This document shows, in pieces, positions 38,227 through 50,589 of a DNA stretch of 64,000 nucleotides. The DNA is from Laetmonice hystrix (Eukaryota). The stretch lies in NCBI GenBank assembly GCA_965235115.1, contig OZ249451.1, forward strand, positions 16,120,001-16,184,000. Direction: 5' to 3'. Both the position numbers and the translations under genes were made by a program. The notes under the pieces were generated by a model that did not search any database, had not been told where the DNA came from, and saw nothing but the letters and a program-made list of their open reading frames with translations. Position 1 is the first letter of the stretch. Each line of letters starts with the position of its first letter.

Positions 38227-41200
38227 ACATATATATCCCTACCGAGTACACCCATCCCACCCCCACCCACACACACATTTAGGCCGACACACGTACGGAA
38301 TCGCTGCCCCGCCCCGTTATTGGTAGCTAAGATTTAAAGTAAATTTATTACTGAGATTAAAACAACTGATCAATATTAAAGCAGTCTATAATTTTCTTCT
38401 CACAAATTGTTGGTACCACTTACTACCAGTAAATGCAGTAAGACTATGACTTTCTTCATCAAGCTGTCCTTGGGATGAGGCAGCCTACATCCTTTTTTAA
38501 TGATCGAAAAAGATAACTCTCTAGCTGTATCTCTGGTGATAGTGACCTCTGATAATTACCGTCAGCTTAGTGATGGTGGTTGTTGTCATGGCTTCATGAT
38601 ATATTCATCATCTCTGTGCTCTTCTTGTGATGCCAGCTTTAACATGAGCTACTCATGCTACTCATGTTAATCATGTAATGATAGAGCCACTGTAGCCGTG
38701 TCTGCCCTTGGTTCTGGCCGGACATGCCAGTCTGGAGGTACATTGTAGTGTGACACTCGTCTGACAGAACTCTGGCACGGACACCTTGATGACACCAATA
38801 ACTCACTTTCTGAGTTAACATCAGTCAATGCCAACCAGATTGACACCCACCCACCCTCTCGGAGTCTCCCGACCTTTATAGGCTGCCCTTTCCCAGCAGG
38901 TACGGTACATTTTTGACAGATTTTTTTTAGCAGTGGTAAATTAATTCCCAGAATGGACAAATATACAATATAATCTATAGGATAAGGATACTGCCCACTG
39001 AGTACCCAACCTCGCTTAGCCAAGACGCTGGCTCCCGGACATCAACTGAGATGGACTGAGATTATCTGGCATTTGAAAAGTATTATCTGTGATCAGGAAA
39101 GTGACGCCTCAGTTAGTATAAGCATCGCTCCAAATGCTCCTCTGGCTAACACCACAGCCCGCCGCACTAATAAAATATCCCACGGAAAGCCATCAAAGGA
39201 TTTCCAAGCCCAAGTGCTTGGTTTTAGTGTCATGGATTTCAATTTAAGATTCCGATTTCCATTCCCCTCTTAATACCTCGACATCAATATCGCTCTCTGA
39301 TATCTTTAACTTTAATCTTTCTGAGATTGAAGAATTCAATTTGCGCCCAGGATCCCATGCACGTTGTGTGAGAAATGGTTCCATGTTTCACGAAGTGAGC
39401 TGGCATGCAGACACAGCCAGGCAGCAGACGGGTGACGGTATTCGACCCCCTTACATGAAAGAGATGACATCCTAGGGTGACAAGTGCAGATAGCTCGGAC
39501 CAAAGGTGCCCGCTGCTACACGATTCACACCTGTGACAATAGGTCTTTGAAGAGCTGCCAGAACCGACTTCAGCACAATGCGTGGTAAATTCTTTGTACA
39601 CATGTACGGAGCCGACCAACCTGGGGATCAAGCTGTTTTATGACGCCTGGGAATTTGGCTCCCTGTCTGTCAAGACTCCCTGCCCTGACTACTACACAAG
39701 TTCTCAAAGGGCGGATCCGACAGGCCATTCGGTGCCCTGTCCATATAAAACAGAAACCTCAAGCCTTGGGAACAGACATCGAACACAGCAGTCCAGCTAG
39801 AACGACACCAATATGAAACACGTCATATTGACTAAAGGCGCTCAAGGCTAAACCACCGGACGCCTAGAAACTTTATCGGAAGGATTACTGTCCAAACTGT
39901 GTACACTGGCCACCAGGACTGCCTACTTAAGCCTCCCTGCCTCCTCTAACCCCATGCCATCATGCCCCTGCACCAATATTCCCTGTCCATAAATCACCCC
40001 AATTTTCGGGTAAATTGACTTACCCGGCAATTAACACCACCATCATTGATTGCTACATCCCGTCATAACGATGGCAGCAGCTTGTGATGTCCCTGCCCAG
40101 TTGGCCACCTTTTAATCCTAGCGCCAAAAGGTCCTCCACTGTCAGCAGTGACCTCCATGTTCTCATGGCAAGGCGACCTTGACCCGGTAGGGGTCACCCT
40201 CCAAGGTTATCTGGGGCCAGGTCATGGTAAATTTTCACATGGCAATCCCGGGCGGCACTTCCTAAATCATTTTGGGGTTTGGTATATTGTTTGGCAAGTC
40301 TTATTCTCAGTTTCATGTTATACGTCGGCTGGTATGGAAAGGGATTTCCAAAATCACCTTTTAGCTTAGAAACTCAAATAGGATAAATCCTTGGGTATGA
40401 TAGTCAGACTTTAAGGTCACAACCTCTAGGCTTAAACTAGAATGATAAAATGGAGGCATGACCAAGCTCGAATCCAACACCAAGTGCAGAGTCTGTTTGA
40501 AACACACGAGTTGCCAGCCACAAGTAACACAAGGATATTTTTGGTCAGTGTCAGAGGTCCTAGATGACAACTTGGGGCTAATTTACCACACTACAGCCAT
40601 GTAGACTGTGACAGAGATGTAGACTCTGCAATAACACACCCTCTGAACACCTGGCTGGGAACATACCTGGTTAGATATAGAAAGTTAGTCACCTGAGTGA
40701 TTTGCTGATTGCAGGGAGGCACTGTACACAGAACAGGGATTGTGTTTGAGAGAGAAGCCTTGTGGCAGGCTCAGGACATCCTGTTAAAGCACTTAGGACG
40801 GTAGGATAAAGGACTGTAAAGTGAAGCTTGATGGCAGAGGTAGGCGGTGAACAAGAAAAAATGTTCACACTTTTGACGTTTGAAAATAAAATTGTGCCTA
40901 GTGGTTGCTGTGGCTTTGGAGCAATCTCCTTGGAAGTTGTGTCCAAAAGTCTCAGCCATTCCTGCATTTTCTTTTTCCATACATATCATACTTTTAAGAC
41001 AAATACTGGCACAAATGCCAGGCAGTAGCTGGTTATACTAACAGTGACGTCAATGTAAAACAGACAAACTCAGAAATCTAGGCTATTTCACTTTTCAAGT
41101 TTTTACCTTTTTTAAATTCATGATAAATGCCTGAAGTGTGCTAAATCTTGGGATTTGTATAAGTCCTGAGCATCGTTTTCACCCCTTCTCTCACCCCATC

Positions 41201-41737
41201 ATGATGGGGGTACATTCACTTCAGCAACTACCGACCAAACTAAGCCTTTCCAGCTTAACAGCCGCTTTCCTAATATTTACATCTGAGAAGGAGTCTCTCT
41301 AAACAAGCTGTAAGACCAAGTGTCAAACACAGCACTTCGATTGCCCCAAAAAGGTCATTGGCCTATTTCTAGTTCGTGGGCACTCTTCGTACTGTAGACT
41401 TTACAGCGTTTTTACAGCTTTCGTTATCTCATATGTCATTTATTTCTGCTTGCCAGTCAAACATAAGATCCTAACTATGTCAGAGAAAATTTAGTGCATC
41501 TATTCAGTTACTTACTAAAAGTAATTCAAGCAGTCAAAAGGTTATGTCACGAGTACAGAAATACTATGTAAAGGTTGTCAAAGATTTCATGCCAACAAAA
41601 AGCAGGCATACATACCAGACTGAATGCCATGCACTATATGCAGACAGGCATGACAAAGTTCAGACCTGAGTTTTTATGAAATCTAAACGATGAAAGCCCT
41701 TTTTGAAAGTCAAGTTGAAATGACTCCATACGACAAC

Positions 41738-42487
41738 ACAGATCACCCGGTGATCGTTCAAATCTTGTCCAAGTTGGCAGTGCTTGCCAATGCAAACTTT
41801 GATATTCACTTTTGCTGGGTGCCTGGGCATGTTGGTATCCCAGGCAATGAGCAAGCTGACAGAACTGCCAAGAGGGCTCTTGAAACAGACGTCGAACTGT
41901 GTCCAATCCCAGCCTCTGACCTCAGACCTACCATCTGGGCATACATTAAGAACAAATGGCAGGCTGAATGGGATGAACAACCAAACAATAAATTGTACCA
42001 GATCAGTCCTGTCGTGAACCAAAGGTGTCTTCACGGCCTAACCCAACGTAGGCATGAAATTGTTTATACTCGATGCAGGATTGGTCATTCTAGATTAACC
42101 CACGTGTTTTTATTCAAGGGGGAGCCACCTCCAGAGTGTCATGGCTGTCAGTGTCCTTTGACACTGAAGCATCTTTTACTTGAGTGTGGTGATTTTACTC
42201 TGATCAGACAACGGTTTTATAGTGAGACAAGTCTTAAGGATCTTTTTAACAATGTCAGACCAGGAGTGATTTTAGAGTTTTTGTCAGAAGCTGGACTTCT
42301 GACTCTTTTATAGTTCAGGCTCGTCGATGGCCCGGTTGGGCTGACAGGATGGAGTGTGTTTTAATGATATTCCCGTTGGGGCCCGGGATAAAATAGGTTC
42401 CTTTCATTTCATGGTCTTTTTAACCCTGTTTTCGCCGTGAAGATGGCCCCAGATGCCGGCACGGCGGAAAACCACCACTACTCACTC
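41738..42487 (+). mobile_element. 5'-truncated I-group (Nimb/I-like) LINE: RNase H C-half, zinc knuckle and 3' UTR
   Basis: WVPGHVGIPGNEQAD..AK (RNase H), TRCRIGH..THxFL and CHGC..LTLKHLLLEC (C-terminal knuckle); (CTCA)n tail; 15-bp TSD ACTCCATACGACAAC (41723-41737 and 42488-42502). Confidence 0.92.
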
Positions 42488-42632
42488 ACTCCATACGACA
42501 ACCCATCCCAGTTCTCTTGAGCTTGTGTCAGTTTAACTTTCACAGAAAACAACAGGTCTGCCATAAAATGTACTGGATGGGCTGATAGTTGGCCTCTCTA
42601 TGTTCGTAATTACCACTGGCTTCTAACCTTCT

Positions 42633-43803
42633 TAGCTTGGTTCCCGCCTCCCGTGTAGGTGGCGCTAGGCGCGCACGGTAGGCTAGGCACAAAGGTTGAC
42701 GTCATCGCTCGTCCGGAAGTAAACAAAAGCACGTGGAGTCGATCTAGCGGTACCGATCTAGCTGTTGGAATCACGCCAGAAATGGCAAGTTTTTGTTGGA
42801 GTGGTAGGTCTTATGGCCCGTAATAATTTGATTTTACATCTCATATCACCTATGGCTATATTATATTTATAGCTCCCATCATCTCTCCTCGTCCCCCACT
42901 ACCTGGACGCTTCCGAGTCCTTGTAGCCTACCACTGCTGCCTGTGCTGGTTACCTGCCTAGCTGGCATCAAGTCACTTGAGCCCGCCGCGAATGATCCCG
43001 GGGGGCCGCCGGGGCTGTGCCCGGGGTGAGCGAGGGAGCAGTGGCCAGTTACTCGCCCGCTCGCTTACTCGCTCAAACTGCCGCCGACCGCTCGCTCGCT
43101 GCCGGGGCTTGTAGCAGGCCTCGGCCGGTCCGTTCGGCCGGGACTTGTACAGGGGGCCTCGCCCTCGGCCAGTCGGTTCGGCCTGGTATAGGCCTATAAT
43201 TGGCTGACCTACACCAACCAGCACCAGGGCGCCGCTACCGTCTGCTTTGACGGGACCCGGCCTCGCTGGGTCGGCGGGCTCAGTCAAAACGCGTCGGGCT
43301 CATACGCCGTGTATTCGTTCCGAACATTAAAACGGTCGCTGTCATGAGACGAAATGCGACATATTGCTCATATTTGTACCATATCATGAGGTACATCCCC
43401 TTTGTGATTTACCAAATTTTCAGCCATATGTCGCGATCCAGTAAAATTTTAGAGGAATTCAAACATGAAACGAACCCATCAGACTACCCCTCAATCGACC
43501 TATTATCGCCCAATGGGGGTCACCCGATACTTCTCGTTTTCTTTACAATTCCTCCCATTAACTCTCAAACCATGACCTTAAGGTTGAATCGGTAAAGTGT
43601 ATAAACATTGTAACAACGTTCTAACAGTTAACTATAAATAATAAACTGTTAGTGCTACTTATTTTCCTTTTTTCCGCGCACACGATCGCCTTTTCTGGCC
43701 GCACAGGCTCACGTGGTTTGTTTACATCTGAGCGCAAAGGATTGTGGGTGATGACGTAAACCTTTGTGCAAGACCTACACCAGTAGGTCGCGGAACAAGG
43801 CTA
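42633..43803. mobile_element. Non-autonomous AcademH-type DNA transposon, copy 2 (1171 bp)
   Basis: Highly similar to copy 1, same orientation and termini; 10-bp TSD CTAACCTTCT (42623-42632 and 43804-43813). Confidence 0.85.
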
Positions 43804-45716
43804 CTAACCTTCTGAGCAATTCTTCAAGTTCAGGACAGTGGATGGTTGACCTCTGGAACATTATTCAGACACAGTATCGCACTTTGGTGTCTTGGGGAGA
43901 CGAAAAAACAATACATGTAAAATATATTTTACATGCAGTGCTTATATATCGTAATCGGTGTCTGTCCTTGATATAAAAAAATTGCTTTAGATGAACACTG
44001 CAGTCACTTTGCCCGAACAAGCGGAAAATAAGGCCTTTGCAGTTAGGCAAATATATAATGTGAATGTAAGAAATGCCTTCTAGGTTAGGATGTCTTTTAA
44101 AAACTACTCTGAGAAGACTGGGATTTGGACTGGTCCATGGAACCAAGCCCTGAGGCTGGCCCTTGATTATTATCTAGGCCCCACCCTGAGGTCAAAGTTG
44201 GCTTCCTGACAAGATCTGGGTCATATCCCGCTAACCTATATTTACAGATCTATATCTTTTTTGTCCATGAGCCTGAGTCATGAATACAAGGTGGTAAGAA
44301 AATTATCTACGGCGCCAGCTTACAATATGAAGACACAAATTTTCGTTTGTAGTTCATACTTAATATTGTTTCTCAACCTAGTTACCATGATCATTTATGA
44401 CACAATTAATATTTTAATTTTAAATTTTAATTAAAATATTAATTGTGTCAATTTAAAACAATTGAGACAAGACTCAAGATAGGACTTACTATATACATTG
44501 TATTCAGGTTTTCTTTCTTGCACCTCTATACTGGTCCTAAAAACTACCATATTTCACTTAAAAAGTAAAAAAAAAATATTGAATGACTACTACACCTAAA
44601 GGCAATGAAACGATACAAAGTTCGGTCGCCAGCTAGTCTGTTTTGTGTGTCCTGTTCCTGTTCCACATGTCCTCCAGCCAACTTGTTCTTGCCTTTTTAA
44701 ATACTATGTCGACTTATAACCAAGAAAATACATCTTAGAATGGAGATACGGGTGTACTCATTATGTACATGTCAGGTGTGCTAGCTCAAGTTCCACAAAC
44801 AATAAAAAGTACAGTTTGGAAACAATCCATGTGGGTACAACACTTAACTGTTCCAGGTTAATGTAAGGATGTGGTGTGAAACTAACACTTATTTTTATCA
44901 TGCAATAAACCAATAAAGTTGCTTTTTTTCTTCTGTGATGTCAGTAGAAAGAGCTGCATGGTCAACATGATATAAAGTGAAATGTCAGCCCATAAACACA
45001 GTCGGGTCATGTTTTACAAGCTAGCAAGTACACACTATTAATACATCATCCTACAATTTATGTCCACTGGTCCTACTAACAGAGTCAATAGCAGACAATT
45101 CATTGAGATTATGTTTACAAAGGGATATTTCCGTAGGATGATCTATTTTTTTATTTTATTTTATTTTTTTTTTTTTTTATTGGTTCCACAACAATCGCCT
45201 AGGTTGGCGTTCTTCCTTGTGTGGGAAAAGGAAGTCGTATAATACATTGGTAACTGATAGCTTAGATGATTGGGCATAATTTTTTATTTTAACTTTAAGT
45301 TAACCAACTTGCAAAAGAACCTTAAACTGGATTATATTATGGAAAAACCTTATGGTACTAGCTAATTTTTTTAAATAAGAAGGCCTGGATATTTTATATT
45401 ATATTAGTAAGTATCATGGTATACCCCCCTATCTCATGGAAATGCTTTTTCTTTGCTTTCAACCAAAACAGACATTTCTAACTGCAAATGAATTAAATAC
45501 CACTGCCAGACAGGATAAATTGTTGCATTTGCACTAGATCTATTGTTTATGCCAGGAAAAAAATCTATTGATTGACATTTATGAAAACTTAGTGTGTGCT
45601 ACATTAAAGCTAAAAACATTTAAAATTTTTAAAGTTGAATTCAATCACAATGGATAGTCATAGTGTATGTTGATCCAGAAGACAGAAGAACTTTATTGTG
45701 AAGTATCTTAGGCCTA

Positions 45717-48700
45717 TACGGGCCAGTTTTTCTAGAAATGTACAATTCGCCCTCAGCGGCCAAGAGAATATGGAATTTTAAAAACTTTTCCCAACCTATA
45801 TCATTTGCATTGATTATGATAAAGGAACATTTTATCTTTCTGAAAAAGTTAATTATACTCAGGAATTCCCATCCAGTCAGTTTTTAGAGCCCTCAAAAAA
45901 AATGTACTTCGTTTTCGTGGAACGTGAGTAAGATTTTGGACATTGCTTCAGATATTTGCAATTTCCTTCTCTTGTATTTAAATGAACAAAGTTATATTTG
46001 GCCCATTAAATTTTAACAACATTCCCCTGATATGTGCCAAATATGAACAATATGGGGCAAATATGAACTTATGAAACAGTTAGCCAAAATATAGGTCTGA
46101 AATTGCCAAAATTCCTGGATCATGTCCATCAGATATTCACAATATTCTATATTCTCTAGTTCTTTTTAGGTGCCAAATATGCATGTTAAAACTGTTTTAT
46201 TAACTTTTCACACATCTTATTATTATAAAACAAGCATTATATTTCATTTCTATCCGATTTCCATGTTGCAGTAAGCTAATAAATTGACACCTATTATTAT
46301 TACTCACGTTCCCAAAAAGGTTACTCACGTTCCGCCAAGTCCATACTTTTATCAAAGGCAGACTAAATAAGATCGAAAACGCCCAAAAAGTTTTATTTAG
46401 ACTGTAAACATATCAAATTTATTTTATCTGTGAAAACTTCATCAGAGGCACATAAATTTCAAAAATGTTACAACAAAGAAAAAACTTCACTGATGAAAAT
46501 TACTTTGCAATTTCTCACATGAATTTTCTCCCTTGAAAAACTCTGATTAATGAAATATTTTTACACCAATTGCATTCTCAAACCCTCATGTACATGATTC
46601 AATCAGTTCAAATTCGTTGACTTTGCCTTGCCCTGAACTCCTCCCCCCCCCGACTTCCGCCTTCTTCTTTAGCCTCTAGTCCAGCTGGGACTCTGTATTC
46701 ATCCTCCTCCTCATGACTGCGAAACTTGTGACCTATGAAAATAAACATGTTATAAAGGCTCAAACAAACAAAATGGAATATATACATGTTTAAAATAAGT
46801 CAATGTCTTGGTGGGCCCAGGATTGTTCCTATTTTTAATGTAAGATTAAAAAGGAGGGGCAGGCCTGTGGGACAGTCAAGTAAAATTGCCAAAAAAGTGC
46901 CACTTTAAAACCAATCAACTATCCAGAGGTTGGGGCCTGTTCTACTTTTGGAATGTGCTTTTTGCATCTCAAAAAGCCACCAGCCACTAGATAAGAGGCT
47001 GGGCACACAAGGCCTGGCATTCCATCGTTACGCAGGGTCGGTATTCAACCCAGCCATGTCCAGCACCAAAAAATGGAATATGTCAGAATGACCAAAAAAA
47101 ATAAATTTCTAAATTTGGATTCATTTCTGTGGTATATCTAAAGGTAATGCATAAACACATCTGAATTTAGAATATTATTGGGATTGAAATATTTTTTCAA
47201 TTTGTTGTTGTTGTTGTGGAGTGTTGTGCAGTTGTGTTGGAGCAGTTGTGGAACGTGAGTAAGTTTTTTTTACCCAACGCTGAGAGAAGACAACATATAA
47301 ATATCTATTCAAATACATATATTTTGAATTTTGTCATCATTAGTATATGAAATAACATATAGGAAGTGATGTGAGCCTGCTGTCGTTTATAAAAAACAGG
47401 GTTTGTGATATGTGGAGGAACGTGAGACACTTTTCTTACTCACGTTCCCGATTCATGAATTTAATGCATTTTTCTCAGCGTTTACATTAATGAAAAGGCC
47501 AAACATAGGTTCAATTTATAGAAGAGATAATGAACAAATGATTTAATTGTGTTTAATAATAAATGATAAGATTACAGCACTTTAAAACAGCGATGATATT
47601 GGACAATAAAGACAGAGGGAACGTGAGTAAGGGGTATAGTAGGGGGTATATTCAAGCCTACGATGGACAACGTTAAACCACCTAAACGGAGACACATTTA
47701 TATCTTTATTCATTCATATTTATGCACAATTACTTGGCCAAAGTTGAAAAATAACATCAAATATAACCTCTGAAAAGGCTCACTATTCATATTACTCACG
47801 TTCCACTTCTCACGGAACGAAACGACCTTGAGTCTTTTGAAAGCAGCCGGCGAAATGCCTGCTGTATTACCGCTCAAGCACGAGGCACTATTGGAAACAT
47901 CAATCTTTCCCAAAGTTAAACAAACATTGCAAGAAGGGTTAATTACATTTCTATATTTTGTCAATTAGATCCAAAACGATGCTTTTCACATCCGGACTGG
48001 CATTTGCCAACATGTATACATCCATAATTCTGTAGAAATGCTTTATAATGTTTCAAAAAGTGCTAGATACTTACCACGCTTTCGACTTTCCTCTTTACCA
48101 CAACGCGCTGTGGCGTTCTATCCAGTGAACAGGGTAAAAATGCGGTGAGATGCTTTCCCCCATTACTCACGTTCCCATCTCTCTCACGTTCCAACATTCG
48201 AAATTTCTATCATAAATGCAGTTCAAAGGGCCGTTTCTTCTGAAGTAATCTTATTTATAGAATGAATGATCTAGCAAGGAATGTAATGAAATGTTAAATG
48301 TGCAAGATATTATCTTATGTGGAAGTTAAATGAGATCTTCCATCTGAGGAACGTGAGAAACATTTTTGGTATAAAACCAGACTGCTGAGATTTGGGAGTT
48401 AATCACTTTTTCACTGCTCTGGCTACACCAATAGGAACTTAACACAATATAGAGAAATACATGTAGATTACAGCAATGGATATACTTCTGTTTTATAAGT
48501 GTTCAATGTGATAAAGTATAATAGAAGAAAAAGAAGTTTTGCACGTTCCTAAAAATTGACACAAAATCTCCATCCTCCATAAAAAAAACCCCACCACCTG
48601 GTTGGCCTGGAATACACCTTGAATGTCAATATAGCCATGATAGATCAATGAGCAAGTATCAAAATAAGGATCCCAATGTGTTTGTAAACGATATAGGGTG

Positions 48701-48945
48701 TCAAAGCCTTAATTTATGAGCAAAAAAGGTAATTTTCCTCAATTTTTCAGTTTCTATTAGTTGCAGTTTGTTAGGAGTTGTACCAAAGTATAACAATGTA
48801 TATATTTTATGAAAGCTTAGGATGTCCTGCATGAAATGTTACCAAAAAGGGGACCCTAGGCGGTAGTAGCCATGATTTACAGGCTTGTGAAGAGATCAAG
48901 GTGTGATTTTGGCCAATTGTACATTTCTAGAAAAACTGGCCCATA
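45717..48945. mobile_element. 3.2-kb TIR DNA transposon derivative, superfamily unresolved
   Basis: ~31-bp TIR TA(C/T)GGGCCAGTTTTTCTAGAAATGTACAATT at both ends; AT-rich interior with 8 perfect and ~4 partial copies of TTACTCACGTTCC in both orientations. Confidence 0.75.
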
Positions 48946-48953
48946 CATAGGCA

Positions 48954-49916
48954 TAGCCTGGCTGTAGTAATTGGGGAAACAGGATGGAAATAGGAATATT
49001 CATTAAATTTATGCCTGTCAGAAAAATCGGGTTCACCATCAATGCACCACAACCAGCCACAGTGAGCGACTCTTCATCGACTACCTTCGTCTGCACCGAT
49101 TGCTGGCGGCCCCACCGTGTGTTAATGCCCGCTCAGCAGCAGGTGCCCGTTAAATCGACACTCCTACCTCGACCTAGAGCTTGTCTGGTTCCTACACACT
49201 CATCAAAATCAGCTCCAGCCCAGATCAACAGATTAAATAATAATCGCAACCTAGGTCTCCCTTACAATTCCAACAATTATCATTAACTAACTTTTTCCAC
49301 TCATATACCACCACATATACCTAGGCACGAAGGCTGGCCCAGTTGAGGAAGTTTTCCCCGACTCGATGCCAGCAGTCTCCCACTCGAGTGGCGAGCGCTG
49401 CTCCCCGCTACCCTAACATTGTTCAGAAGGCCCAGACAAACTGTGCGCTTAGTCTAAATAAATTACATACCTTTATATCTTGCCGAAAGTGATCTTCTTT
49501 GGGTAAGTCCGTACTGATCAAATCGATGTTCGGCATTTAAAGACAATCCCACTTCGCGATAGCCACCGAGGCGGACTTGTAACTTCACGTTTATGGTCGA
49601 CCTGCGCATGCGCAATAATATTCGACCTAGTTAGCTGCCCTAGATAGTTCCGCGGGAGAAGGCTTGAGTAATCGGTCAACAATTTAAATTCTAAACACAC
49701 CACATGGTCATTCTGTAACCCTAAACATGTGTGTATCATCGGTTGGATGACGTAGAGAGATGTGGGCAATGACTCTAAAGAGGAAACCGACAATTTACCT
49801 TAATCAAAGAATGAATCAGAGTGAATTACAGTGGCGTTTTAAGGGGATTTCCAAGTAGGCCTATATCCCGGACTCGGCCTCAAAAAAAATTTACTACATA
49901 GCCTAAAACTAGGCTA
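48954..49916. mobile_element. Possible second Academ-like non-autonomous element
   Basis: Begins TAGCCTGGCTGTAGTAA and ends TTACTACATAGCCTAAAACTAGGCTA (interrupted inverted match); no TSD found. Confidence 0.3.
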
Positions 49917-50131
49917 AGGGGATTTTTGTAAAACAGAAGTGTAAAAAGTACATTACTTTAACCAAAGGAAATCTTCATATTTCCAAACAAGACGTTCTGA
50001 GATTGCATTATTTAAATTTGATATCTTTTTTTTTTAAATTTGACTGATGCACAGAGGAGCATGGCCTGAATACCTAATTATTGCCTACGTTTGAAATAGG
50101 GTAGATCTAGGCTATTTAGAAAACCAGGAGG

Positions 50132-50261
50132 NNNNNNNNNNNNNNNNNNNNNNNNNNNNNNNNNNNNNNNNNNNNNNNNNNNNNNNNNNNNNNNNNNNNN
50201 NNNNNNNNNNNNNNNNNNNNNNNNNNNNNNNNNNNNNNNNNNNNNNNNNNNNNNNNNNNNN
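50132..50261. other. Assembly gap (130 N)
   Basis: N run. Confidence 1.
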
Positions 50262-50589
50262 AGATCTATCTAATCTCCTCACCCCCTTTACCTCGACCAA
50301 TTGTATGATTTTGTGACTCGAGGGACAGGGAGCGATAAAGCAATGAACCATCGACTCTCCTCGTGCGTTTTTTGCGCGCGGTCGACCCCGGGCCGGTCCC
50401 ACGTGCGTGTTGACACGCGCACGCATTGATCAGCATCCTGGATACACACATAATTTATAAGGCGGTGTTCACCACTAGGTGGCACCATACGGTGTGTTCG
50501 CACGACACTCCTGCCGACTAGCGGACTAACGCAGAACCAAAGAACATGCTTTCTCAGTCCTGACTGGTGAGGATGGCCTCGCGGCACAT

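Noticed and set aside
39355-39420. PHD-finger-like CTLCEKWFHV
   Set aside because: The remaining Cys ligands are absent and the frame closes soon after; at most an unassignable relic.
36978-43803. The two 1.2-kb direct repeats as LTRs of one retroelement enclosing the RNase H ORF
   Set aside because: Each repeat has its own TIR and TSD and lacks TG..CA ends; the RNase H fragment has its own separate TSD and LINE-type tail.
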